From positions 1 through 51,210 of the forward strand of contig JWZX01003114.1 in the NCBI GenBank assembly GCA_001275005.1: a DNA stretch of 51,210 nt, written 5' to 3'. Shown piece by piece: positions 34,148 to 45,175 of this stretch. Made by a program: the position numbers and the translations under genes. The stretch comes from Chrysochromulina tobinii (lineage: Eukaryota). Below the pieces are notes generated by a model. That model ran no database searches and had not been told where the DNA came from. It saw nothing but the letters and a program-made list of their open reading frames with translations. Numbering within the stretch: the first letter of the stretch is position 1; the number at the start of each line of letters is the position of its first letter.

Positions 34148-34942
34148 ATGATGAGGGCGCGCCTCGGTCTCTCTCTCGCGGTCACTGCCACGGCCAGCGT
34201 GGCGCTGCTCGTGTTACTGCTACGGCGCAAAGCCAACAAGCGGCACCAATTGCCTACGGCCAGCATCTTGGGAGCCATCAATCGACGCTTGGGAGCCATC
34301 AATCGACGAATGGGAGCGCAGCCACAGGTGCTGGTGGATGAGCCGGGCAGCCTCGTCTACTTGCTGCCTGGCCTTCTCAGTGCTATGGAGCAAATGGCGC
34401 TCTTCGAGCGACTGTCGGAGTGGGACGGCTGGAAGCGAGAGAGCGACGATTTCGGCCCACAAGGTCGCCTGACCGCCTACGTCGGCGAGCCGGGCGCCAT
34501 CTTCTCATTTGTCGGCCTCGTCTGCCACCCTCACGCAGCACCGCCATTCCTGACAGAGCTTTTCCGGCGAGTGAACGAAGTGATCGCTGAGAGTCACGGG
34601 ACGAAATGCACGGGTTGCCTCCTGAACAACTACACCCCGGACGATGGCCACATCCCTTGGCATAGCGACGAAGTGCGTGCCCACGGCCCCTCGAAGCTCG
34701 TGGTAGCGGTGAGCACTGGAGGCTCGAGGCCGTTTGACCTGCGAAGGCGCGGAGCCTCTGACGAGGAGAAGATGCGCGTGATGCTGCCACCGGGCAGCGC
34801 GCTCGTCATGTGCGGCGAGACGCAGGCCCATTGGCAGCACGCCCTGCCCCTTGAGCCTCCGGCGCCGCCACGAATCAGCCTCACGTTCCGGTCGATAGAG
34901 ATCGGATTCGAGGAGGGGCGCGAGCCACCGCATTGTGTTTGA
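34148..34942 (+). CDS. AlkB-family Fe(II)/2OG dioxygenase (ALKBH2/3-like) with N-terminal hydrophobic anchor
   Basis: GRLTAYVG, CLLNNY, IPWHSDE (HxD), GSALVMCGETQAHWQHALP, RISLTFR. Confidence 0.88.
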   Translation: MMRARLGLSLAVTATASVALLVLLLRRKANKRHQLPTASILGAINRRLGAINRRMGAQPQVLVDEPGSLVYLLPGLLSAMEQMALFERLSEWDGWKRESDDFGPQGRLTAYVGEPGAIFSFVGLVCHPHAAPPFLTELFRRVNEVIAESHGTKCTGCLLNNYTPDDGHIPWHSDEVRAHGPSKLVVAVSTGGSRPFDLRRRGASDEEKMRVMLPPGSALVMCGETQAHWQHALPLEPPAPPRISLTFRSIEIGFEEGREPPHCV

Positions 34943-35293
34943 GACTCCTCGGGTAAGAAAACACACCAAAGTTGGGCCCAGGTGCACGCGTCAATGATCC
35001 CGCGCACGTCGGGCGGGGGCGTGACACCGCGTCCATAAAGCGTAATTGTCGGGGCGTACCGTGGATTCATGCGATGGATTCTGGAAACGATACTATGGAA
35101 CTATCGACACCGTACTAGGCTACACGGCGCGCCCGCCGACCGGACCAGCGACCGCGCCCCGGGCCTCTACCAGAACCACTACGCACTACCAGACCAGTAC
35201 CACTCCTACCTGCTACACAGCTGTAACAGGCTACAACCACCCACCTTCGACTCGGCCCACCTACGCCCTATGGATACTCGGCCGAGCCACCAG

Positions 35294-37419
35294 TCACTTG
35301 AGCAACGGATCTGAAATGGAGCCGTCACTCCTGACCGGTGGTACCGCACCGCTGTCCGAGGCCAAAGTCGGTACTGACCCAGCTACTCGTGCATGGAAGG
35401 GAGCGCCGAGCGGCTGCACAATGAGGTCGGCGCCAGCCGGCCGCACGAGAGCCCACTTGGCACGTCGGCGGATCGCGCCTCTCCACAGCTGCGCGAGGGC
35501 GCCGAGCATGTGTCAGTGAGTGCGGGTGGCCATCGGTGGCCATCGGCGGTCATTAGGCGGTCATTAGGCGGTCATCAGGGACTACAGTGGCAATCATGGG
35601 CGAGGAGGGGGGCTCTCACTTGTGAGGCGAGGAGGACGCCGAGCATGTACGTGACTGCAGCCATGGTGATCGTCTCCCACAGCGTCGCCACATTGGCCGC
35701 GTACGCACTAGTGGAGGAATAGGAAGCCTCCCCTGCAGCGCGATGGAGTTGCCCTATGAGAGCGAGCATCGCGGGAGAGCCGGGTGCGAAGATGTAGAGC
35801 GCGGGCACGATGCAGATGAAGGACGAGAGGCCCGTGTGGAAGTGAGCCACCTGTGGAATCGGATGGCAGTCGGATGGCAGTCGGATGCAATCAGTGACCA
35901 TCGGGGGCGAACAGGCATGCAGACGGCACTCGAGTTGTGGAATCGGGTTGTGGGCTCGGGCTACCTCCGCTGCACTGGCTGTGACGAAGGCGACAAGCAC
36001 GTTCCTCAGATCGACGGGCATTGAGCATGTCTCCGCCGTGCAGCCGTCGCGCAAGAAGCCGTTGGTGAGTGTGCCGACGAGGGTGCAGGCGATGGGAGCG
36101 AGCGACTCCCGCAGCCGAATGTTGAGGTGGACGTTGAGGAAGAGCACGAGAGGCAGCGCCCAGATGCCCTGGCTCACGTACCACGGGATGGAGGATGGCA
36201 CGGGGCACCAGAGCGAGGGAGGCAGCGACGCGATCGGCCCCGTGCTCGATTGGCCGGGCATCGGGATGATCGAGGCGCTGCCACGGGCCCAGTCGCGACC
36301 AAAGATCTGCCAGCCAAGTGTGATGAAGATGGCCATCAGCATCACCTGGAACATGGCGTTGACCAATCGCGCGGTGCCGTGGACCATGGAGCCCTGCGCG
36401 AGCTCGAGCGCGGCCCATATGAACTGGCAGCCGGGCAGGTGAATGATCAAGGGTCCGATGTACTGCGGCCCGATGTGGCACAGGGGCTGGCCTGAGTTTG
36501 ACACGTAATACCACACAAGCGGAGCGGCAGCGCCCACCGCGAAGCTGATGTACATGATCTCCAGGTGGGCTATCCCCAGCACCTTGCCGAGCTGCATCGT
36601 CAGCAGCAGCGACGCGCAGATAAGCGCCGCGCCGGGCATGTCCTGGTACGAGCCGGGGAGGACGACGGGGACGGCGAGGATCGCGATGCACTCGAAAGCC
36701 ACAAGCTGAATCAGCCACCCGTAGGGTCGTGGACGCTTCAGGAGCTGATCGCACACATAGAGGGCGGTGGGCGCGTCGTTGGCCTCGCCGCGGGTGATCA
36801 TGACTGCGAGCGTGTGCAGATCGGCGAGGTAGCTGCACACGATATCACGGCCGCATTCGAGCAGGTGGGGCGGGTGCGACCCGAACGACGCGGTGAGTAC
36901 CCGAGGGCCGATGCTCACGTACGGCGCCGGTACTCCGAAACGCAGCGATGCCTCCAAACAAAACATCTCCACGTCGACGGAGGGCTGGCCGTATGCGAAC
37001 AGCCCGAGCGCCATCTTGAGGATGAGCACCACCTTGTCCGCGAGCTCCTGATCGCCGTACCGCTCCCGCACCTCCTGCTCGAGTCGCTTGCAGTTGGGTC
37101 CAATGGAGGTTGTCGCTTGCACCGTTCGCCTCTGTAATACCACGCCGCGGTCCGCAGTAGCGAGGAGCGTGGGCACGCTCGGCTGTCTCGCTGTCTCCAC
37201 ATACAAGCCCTCACAAAGCAGCTTCCAAGTGTTGCTGCCGTAAGCCGAAGCCGTCCACATGGAATACCACGCAGTGAGCGTCGGCGTCAGCCCGTCGATT
37301 GCAAGGACGTGCAGCCAGGGCAGGGCAGCAAAAAGGAGGATCACACTAAAGAGTGTCAGAAGCTCGGGCGATGAGGTGCCGTCACCCTGGCCGAGGAAGA
37401 CGGGCAGGGTCGTGTTCAT
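35294..37419 (-). CDS. ThrE-family (DUF1212/DUF3815) threonine/serine exporter-like protein; introns 35851-35964 and 35489-35619
   Basis: LFAYGQPSVDVE, IIHLPG..ALELAQGSMVHGTARLV, IVPALYIFAPGS, many TMs. Both GT-AG introns keep frame. Confidence 0.8.
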
Positions 37420-37674
37420 TTGATTCTGCGGTGTGAACGTGAACACGGAGGTTCCGAAAAAATAGAAAAATCACCGGGAAGTCGGGATCAGAACCGGTGC
37501 AGCGCCTCTTTCCCGACGCGACCAACTTTTCGGGGAAAAGAGTCAGCGAGCGAAGTCCAAAAGGCTCCTTCACGCCACCCGCTCTATACCGTATACGTCA
37601 ATTGCTCTACGACGACTCTACTTTTAGTGGGTTTTGCGCAGGTTTAGAGAGAGACTTGATATGCCTTAATAAAA

Positions 37675-39520
37675 TCATATCCGATCACCAAGATCCACAG
37701 GCTGTGAGTTGGGCCGATCCGCCACTTCGATCCGCCCATCGATCCGCCGGCGGACTTCAAAAGCGCGGACGCCGTAGTCGTACAGGTCATCGCACCAGCC
37801 CGTCTTGAGGTCGAAGCACCAGCCGTGGCGTGGGCACACGACGCACGCCGCGCCATTGACCTCCTCGATGTCGCCGGCCTCGAGCGCCGCCCCTTGATGC
37901 GGGCAGTCCGCGTCAATGGCATAGAGGGTCTCAGCGCCAGTTTCGGAGACCTCTGAATAAATGGCGAGTGTGCGCTGGCCGAGGGTCACCCGGACGCTGC
38001 GCATCGCGCCGGATGTGGTGGCACTTGCTCCGGCGCCGGTTGCTCCGGCGCCGGTACCAGTGAGTGCGAGCGTCGAGATCTCGTCCAGATAGCTGTAGCC
38101 TGCGGACGCGAATTCGGACGCGGTGCTGGCATCGACTGGTGGCGACGGCATCGGAGACAGCGTACAGCTCGGGGATGCACAGATTTCACGACCCTTCACA
38201 GCTGGATCCGTTCCACTATCCTTCACAGGCGGATGCGGAGGCGGTGGGCGCTGTTGCGTCACCTTCGACGGCATGGACGGCACCGACGGCGACCCAGGCG
38301 GCTCCGTTACCTCCGTGCTGGCCTCCGTAACCTCCGTGCTGGCCTCCGTAACCTCAGTGAGCTTATGCAAGCGCGCGAGGCGCGCCCTCGCCTCGCACAG
38401 ATGATCCTCAAACTCAGGGAGATTCTTCCGTAGAGTGCTGCGCTCGAGCGCTGTCTCGAGCGCTGTCTCCGCCGCCGTGATTGCGTCTTCAAGCTCCGCT
38501 GCCGTCTTTGCGGCACGCAGGTCCATCAGGGCCTTGACCGAAGCATTGCGCGCCGCCTCGCGACGCTGTTTCCTCGTCCCACCGCTCGCCCTGCGCCGAG
38601 CAATAGCATCGTCTTCGTCATCTTCCGCCGCCGCCGCCGCTTCCGCTTCTGCTTTTTGCGTCGGCCGCACGCGCTGCTGCCTCCCCAACCACGTCGAGCT
38701 GCCTCTCTGCCCGCGCGAGCAGGCTGGCTCGGCCACTCTCCCCGGTGGCGGCCGTCTTGCCACTCTCCATGGTGGCCGCCGGCTCGTCGTCCGCCAGCCC
38801 TGCCTTCCGACAGCCCTCCACGGCGGCCTTGAGTGCCGTGAAGGCGTCTAGCAGCTCCTCAAGCGTCGCGTGATGCACGTCCAGGGCCGTGGCAAGCAAG
38901 CCCTCGAGTGCCGCGATCGCCTTCGTCCGCCGTGCGGCGCTCCTGCGCTGCTGCTCGTCCGCCTGCTGCTTCTTCTTGGCTGTGTCGAGCCGCACGCGCT
39001 CGGCAGTGCGTGCGGCCTCATCAAGCGAGCGCTGCCTCGCGTCGTCCATCATCTGCTCGTACGCACGTCGGCGCGCCTCGCGCTCCTTTGCCCGCCGCGC
39101 GAAGAGCTCGTCCCGCCGTCTCTCAGCCGCGCAGCGGGCGCACTGACAGCTCGCTGTGTGTTGCGGTGGAGGCTGGAAGTCGGCCTCCTGCCACTGTGTG
39201 CCGCCGACGCCACCGAACCAAGCTTTGAAGAGCTCTTCCCAGCTTGCGTGGTCGGGTCCAGACGTATGACGCGTGCTGGGCCCCGCGTCAGCGGCCTGCT
39301 CTGGCGGGTCAGCGTGTGCGCCCCAGCGCATCGGATGATCGTGGAAGAGCTGCACCCGTTCCCAGGCCTCGCCGATGGTCTGGAAGCGGCTTGTGGCGTC
39401 CGGAGCGCTGCTCCTGTCTGGATGATGGAGTAGCGCCTGCTTACGATAAGCACGTTGGGCGTCGTCGCGCGATGCGGATGCGTGTATGCCGAGTATCTCG
39501 CATGCGTCGACGAGCCGCAT
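37675..39520 (-). CDS. J-domain + coiled-coil + Rieske [2Fe-2S] protein, joined across an apparent +1 frameshift at 38653-38657
   Basis: J-domain ACEILG...AYRKQALLHHPDR...FQTIGEAWE; Rieske CPHQG...CPRHGWCFDLKTG. Removing one A from the A5 run (minus strand) joins ...RAADAK to AEAEAAAAAEDDEDD. Confidence 0.72.
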
Positions 39521-40291
39521 GTGCGCGGCGAGGCGTTTCCCGCGATGTGTGAAGTCGAGATGGGGGCGCGTCCGCCGTCGCACGGCGGAGGTCGCGCTCG
39601 TCTCAGCGCGGAAGCGGGGGCCCTGATGGGGGGGCGTGAGTCTCCCCCCCCCGGGGGTGGCAGGCGCGGAACGGGTCCGCGCATGCATGCATAGTTAGGT
39701 GTGGAATCGCCGCGGCGGCGCCAGCTCCAGCTGTCGATTCGGGTCGGACCGTCGCGTGTGCCGCGCGTCTGAGCGGGGGGGACCGGCCGAGGGGCGGGCG
39801 CGGTCAGCGCCCGCCCGTCGGGTGGTCGGGGCCCCGCGGGTCCGAAGGTGGGTGCACAGCAGCCGCCCAAGCGCCCATTGGTTGCCCCCCGCCCACCCGC
39901 CCGCCCTCAACCGGAGCGGCTGCTGAGATACTGAGTGTGAGGAGGTGGAGGACTGAAACTGCCGGCTTTGGAGCCGTGCCGCGTTCGTACCCTGTGGGTG
40001 GCTAGTGTGTAGGGGGGGGTCCGACGCGTGCGTCGCCCTCCTTCCCCTCTGGTCGCGCCGTGGGGGACTGCGCGAGGATGCCGATCCCTCTAGGAGGTGC
40101 AGGACGAGAGCACGTTAGTGCTGACGATGTGTTGTGTGAACGCCCACGGGGGCGCGCGTAGCGCGGTGTGACGGAAAAAGTCAGCGGTAGTCGCCGACTC
40201 ACGTTCACGCACGTGCGGCGCGGCGAACGACCGAGTTGTTTATAAGAACATGTGTATTATATTTTTGAAGGGCAAAAAAGCTCCTGCCACC

Positions 40292-42968
40292 TTAGCGAAA
40301 AGAGTCACCTTGCTGCCGACCTTGCTGCCGTCCTTGTTGTCTTGTTTCTTCTGAGAGTAGGCGGCCGAATTCGACCGATTTTCGGAGAGTGTTGGACGCG
40401 ACTGCGGCGACCTTTCGGGCATGCTCCTCCTTGAGCTGCACAAGCTTGATTGCGTACTCGATCTCAAGCCTCTGGAGCTCGAGCTTGTCGACGTCCTCCC
40501 GGTACTCGAGCCGCGCGGCTACGAGGACGCCATCTGCCTGGGACAACAGCTCGGGCGTGTGTATCTGTTGAGGATTGCCGTGCACAGCGTGGTGCACACT
40601 CGGCCCATCGTCGCCATAGTAGCCCTGCTCGATCTCCGCGAGCCGAGCTGTTCGGCTCTCCTTCATGGCTGCGTTGTACGCCTCGATGGCGAAGGCAATG
40701 AGCAAGTTCAAGATCAGATTGTGCATGAACAGGTAGTTGATGATGAAGAACCAGCGCGCCCAGTTCCCCGCGACGCAGGTGAAGCCCTCGGTGACTACGT
40801 GCCAGTTGTTCACCACGAGCAGCTCGAAGCACACGACCATGCCGCTCATCATGTCGTTGAAGTTGTTGGGCCAGTAGTAGTTGGGCCAGTCTTTATCCGC
40901 GGTCAGCAACGCGCCCTGTTCGCGGCTCGGGTCGCGGTTGATCAGCCCACCGAAGAATTGCATGCCGAGCGCCGCGATGACGTACATGCCCGAGAGCAGC
41001 ACGGCGATAAGCACGGTCGCATTCGGGATAATGCGCACGAAGGTTGAGAAGATGAATGCCACCGCCGGGATCAGGTAGAAGACGCGGAAGAAGCGCACAA
41101 ACCGAAGCAGGAGGGCGTAGCGCAAGTAGATCGGGTCGTCGTACCCGTTGGGCCAGATGATGAGGACCGTCAGGACGACGCCGGCGACGGTCACGACTGC
41201 ATCGAAGAGGTTCATGAGCGAGCGAGCGTACACTATGAAGCCGAGACTCGCGAGCTTCAGGAGCATCTCGATCACAAAGATCCAGGTGAAGACGAGCCCC
41301 ATGATCGTCGACCAGCTGTTCCACGCATCGAGGTCGTGCTTTGGATCGGGCACGAATTCGAGCACCAGGAGGAGCACTGCGTTGCAGACGAGCACGGCGT
41401 CGATGACGAGTTCGAACGCGCGGGAGCGCACGAAGGCGTCGACCGCCTGCCAGATCGAAGAGGAGACAAAGTCGGGCGCGATGATCTGGAGCCACGTACG
41501 CCGCGGAGGGGCTCCCTGCGAGCCCATTCGTAGCATCGTGCACAGCTGCTGGAACGCGGCGCGGTCGAGGCTGCCGTTGCCGTAATTGTCGACGGCGTCG
41601 AAGAGCATTGCCTGGCGTTCGACGCTCATCAGCGAGATGTCGTAATGCGAGAGAGCGAGGAAAGCCTGCTCGAGGTCATCAGAGGTCATCAGAGGTCATC
41701 AGAGGTCATCAGATGTCATCAGTGGCCATCAGAGGTAATCAGAGGAAAGCCTGCTCGATCTCGGCGCACGAGATGGTACTCAGGGGCAATCCTGGGCAAT
41801 CATGGGCACTCAGAGGCACTCAGAGGCACTCAGAGGCACTCAGAGGTCCTCAGCGGCAGCTCGCCTGCTCGATTTCTTCGCGCGAGATGATGCCGTCGCC
41901 ATCCTCGTCCATGAGGTCGAAGGCTTTTTCGAGACTGGAGCGGCGCAGCTCCTGGAGCGCCTCCTCCTCCTGTGCCTTCTGTGTCGTGTACGCGGCGTTC
42001 ACGATCGCCAGGATCAGGTTCAGCAGGAACCAGTTGCCGAAGATAAGGACCGCGCCGAAGAAGAAGAAAGTGAAGCGGCTCGTCTGGTACGCAGGCATCA
42101 TCACGTCGGGGTAGTTGCACGTGGTGATCATGACGAAGAGCTTCCAAGTCGTCTCCGTCACGTCTGGGAAGGTCTTGGTGACGCCGTACTCGTCGATTCC
42201 GCCGCCGACGGAGTCGACAACAAGCATCTTCGCGGTCCATGTTGCGAAGGTGATGAAGAGCGCGAACGTGAGCCACACGCCGAGAAGCGATCGCACTGTT
42301 GAGCGGATGCATCGAAGCTGCATGAGCATTGCGTTCGATTGCATCACGAGCAGCGCGATGCGCACGTACACGGCCAGTCGGAAGCTGCCGATTTCGGTGA
42401 ATAAGTCGACGAGCAAGTCGAGGGATGCGACTGCGAGTACGCCGCAGAAGGCCGTCTGCGACCCACTTTCAAAGTACTGCGTGCGCCCTTGAGCCCAGAG
42501 CTGCAGCAGCACGTTGACGACGAGCAAGAGCAGGCAGATCGTCTCGGTGAGCGTGGCAGACCACCGCGGAATAATTGGCAGTCCGAAGCGGGGGTACCAT
42601 TCCGGATGGCTGGTGAAGTTGGCGATATGATACGACCAAACGGGCCGCTCGACGAAAGTGAGGAGCACTATGAGCAGTGTCGCCAGCCGCACAGGAATGA
42701 GCAACCACAGATGGATTCGGAACGCCATGCGGGCCTCTTCGCTATCGTATGGCCTTTCACGGACCCTACCCTCGATGCCATCGAGAATGTGGAGCGCCGC
42801 GTTCTGCATGCGTATAGTGATCGGCCGCCGCTTGGATATGCTATCAGACGACGAATTAAGCGGCGACGACTCGTTCACGACCCTCTTCGGAGTACTAAGG
42901 TAGGCAAGGTAAGACTCGGTGAAGATCTCGCCGCTACCTCCGAGGTCGCCAAAGCTTTCAGAGGCCAT
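40292..42968 (-). CDS. Two-pore channel (TPC) with EF-hand linker; GC-AG intron 41666-41864
   Basis: Pore I VMITTCNYPDVMMPAY; EF-hands DEDGDGIISREE and DNYGNGSLDRAAF; S4-II LLRFVRFFRV; pore II NNFND...FELLVVNNW. The junction EIEQ|AFLAL is in frame. Confidence 0.9.
41672..41850. repeat. 10-bp tandem repeats (AGAGGTCATC and CAGAGGCACT types) in the TPC intron
   Basis: Decamer arrays directly visible at 41672-41745 and ~41781-41850. Confidence 0.92.
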
Positions 42969-43329
42969 CAGGCTGTAGGAAGAGCGCGGAGCGAGGAGAG
43001 CCCCGCGCGCTCACGCACGCGGCTGAAAGAGGCAAGGCCCGAAGCGGGACGTCAGTCCTCGGGCCCAAAAAGGAACATTAGGGACGTTTGGCCTTTGGCG
43101 CATGCATTCCGCATTTTTGCTCACAAATATCTTCTAAGTCCGAGGGGGGCATTTGGATCAGGGCACGTGCCGTTCTGAGCAGTAAAACAAGGCCGCGCGA
43201 AGTTTATTTGATTGGGTCGGGAATTTACACATCGCGCGTCACAAAGTTTGAAGATGTTTGATGAAACGGCGAGCGGGGGCACACATGCGGACGACGACGC
43301 TTGTCTTCGCACCCCCGCCTTTGCGTGAA

Positions 43330-44790
43330 ATGGCGGATGCTCGCAGTGCGTCTCCTTCGAGCCGTCTGCTCGAGCTCGAGGCCGATGCGGACGAGGCGCT
43401 GCCTGAATACTTCACTCGGCCCGACTCGTCTGAGATACACCACATGCAGCCCCGTGTGACTCAGCGGAAAGATGCACATCAGGAGGACTTGGCAGCCACT
43501 GCCGCTGCTACAAGCTCAGCCGCTACAAGCTCAGCCGCAGCCGAGAGCATGGGTGCCGTGCCGTCTGACGACGCAGCTGTACAACCTATGCCGCAGCTTC
43601 CACGGCGCCGGCGCGTGGTAGGTCGGACCAAGCCACGGGCGCCGTCAAAGACTGCGAAGGTGCTCGCCGAGGAGGCAGCGGCCGGGGTGCGCGAGATGAG
43701 CGAAGCCATCTCCGAGGATGCGGTGGCTAGGGCGCGCGCGATACGTGAAGCCATTTCCAGCGCTAAGGAGTCCAAACTGGCCTCCGAGGCGGCAGAATTT
43801 CAAGCTAGCCACCAAAGTTTCATCCCAAACCGGCGGCGCAAGGTCGACCTCGAGTATCAGAAAGCGCTAAAGAGGAAGGCAGCGGATGTGCACAAGGGTG
43901 CAAGAGTGGGCGCTTCCGTTGGCAGGACCATCATTCGAAGGCATCAAAGGGAAGTGCATCAGCCGTACGCGACGCCTGTGCCTGCAGACGCCGCCAGCGC
44001 GATTGAGGGACTCATTCCAGAGGTACGACGCCTCGACGCGTCACACGATCGGCAGGTGTCGTTTTCGGACTTTTTGGTCGCCGTAGCTTCGCCGCCGGGC
44101 GTAGCCTTGCCGCCGCGCGTAGCATTGCCGCCGGTGATCAACGTAACGGCCACGACACTCGCAACCATAGGAAACTTAAGCGCTGGACCTGCGCCGGCCG
44201 TGCAGAGGGGCCGACGATGCAGCGGAAGCCAAGACGATTTCGGTGTCTGCTTCATCGACACATTCGCCGCCATCGGCTCCGCAGCCGAGCCCGCCGTCGC
44301 GGAGGTGCAACAGCTGCCACCTCATCTCCGCGTCACGTTGCGTCTTCTGACGCCCGCTGCACCCGTTGCGCCGTCATGCGCCGGAGCGACCCAATCCGCG
44401 CGCGGGGATCCCACATCCTGGCACCGGCGAGCAGCGTATGCAGGCGGTGCGGGTGTGCCAGCAGCGTGTGCGGGTGGTGCGGGCGGTGCTGCGCCCGCCC
44501 CCAGCTGCAGCTACGGCAGCAACGTTGACAGCAGGAGCGCGCGGTGTGTCGCCCCGCGCGACGGCGGCGAGGGCAGCGGCGCTCCGGGCTTGAGGGCTCT
44601 CGGCGCCATGCGATTCGAGGGCGTGGCGAGCCGCGTGCGCGTGGCCTCTCTTGATCACTTCTATCCGAGTGGCAGCGTCGAGCTCACCGAGCAGCACTTC
44701 AAGCATCAGGAGGCGCGCTGGTGGCAGGCACAGGTGCGCCGGCGCATGTTGAGCTCTGGATTCGAGTTTTCGTTTTCAGCGGCTGTTTAG
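43330..44790 (+). CDS. Hypothetical protein (3' end uncertain; possible donor at 44733)
   Basis: Long ORF from the ATG at 43330, divergent from TPC; charged helical N-half; no family recognised. Confidence 0.5.
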   Translation: MADARSASPSSRLLELEADADEALPEYFTRPDSSEIHHMQPRVTQRKDAHQEDLAATAAATSSAATSSAAAESMGAVPSDDAAVQPMPQLPRRRRVVGRTKPRAPSKTAKVLAEEAAAGVREMSEAISEDAVARARAIREAISSAKESKLASEAAEFQASHQSFIPNRRRKVDLEYQKALKRKAADVHKGARVGASVGRTIIRRHQREVHQPYATPVPADAASAIEGLIPEVRRLDASHDRQVSFSDFLVAVASPPGVALPPRVALPPVINVTATTLATIGNLSAGPAPAVQRGRRCSGSQDDFGVCFIDTFAAIGSAAEPAVAEVQQLPPHLRVTLRLLTPAAPVAPSCAGATQSARGDPTSWHRRAAYAGGAGVPAACAGGAGGAAPAPSCSYGSNVDSRSARCVAPRDGGEGSGAPGLRALGAMRFEGVASRVRVASLDHFYPSGSVELTEQHFKHQEARWWQAQVRRRMLSSGFEFSFSAAV

Positions 44791-45175
44791 CCTAAGCAGC
44801 CGGGCCCAGCCCCATGAGTCGGTGTGCGGGGCCCAGGCCCCAGGGCGACCGACCGTGACACACCGGTCACGGGCGTCATACAACACGGCGCACCGCGCGC
44901 GGCACCCGGGTTGGGGGGCGCGGCCCGTTTGGCCGCGCCCCGCCGCGTCGCGTCCCGCGGTCCCGCCCGCCGCGCCGCCCGCGGCGGCGGCGCGTCCGAC
45001 CACCGCCCGACGCCGAGCGATATCGGCATGGCGATATGCGAGGAAAGCCGGCGACATTTTACCGTACGACACCGCAGAGTGTGCACGCGCGTGCGAACAT
45101 CAAGTACTCTCACTCACGACGTCGTCGTCGACGACGACACTTAATACGTTTGACCTCAGGGTTGTCAGGGCACTC

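Noticed and set aside
35046..35290. Compositionally odd ACT/ACC-rich stretch with short ORFs
   Set aside because: It lies between convergent 3' ends, and no termini, motifs or coding signature support a feature.
21012..39520. Iron-enzyme gene cluster (JmjC, ferredoxin, AlkB, Rieske)
   Set aside because: The genes are interspersed with unrelated ones in mixed orientation and share no pathway logic.
39530..40240. G/C runs upstream of the J-Rieske gene as a structured RNA or tRNA
   Set aside because: No cloverleaf or A/B-box pattern is visible; only low-complexity GC tracts.
44905..45000. GC-rich hairpin gggcgcggcc-cgttt-ggccgcgccc as a Helitron end or ncRNA
   Set aside because: Such hairpins are expected by chance at this GC level, and there is no properly spaced CTRR end or other support.
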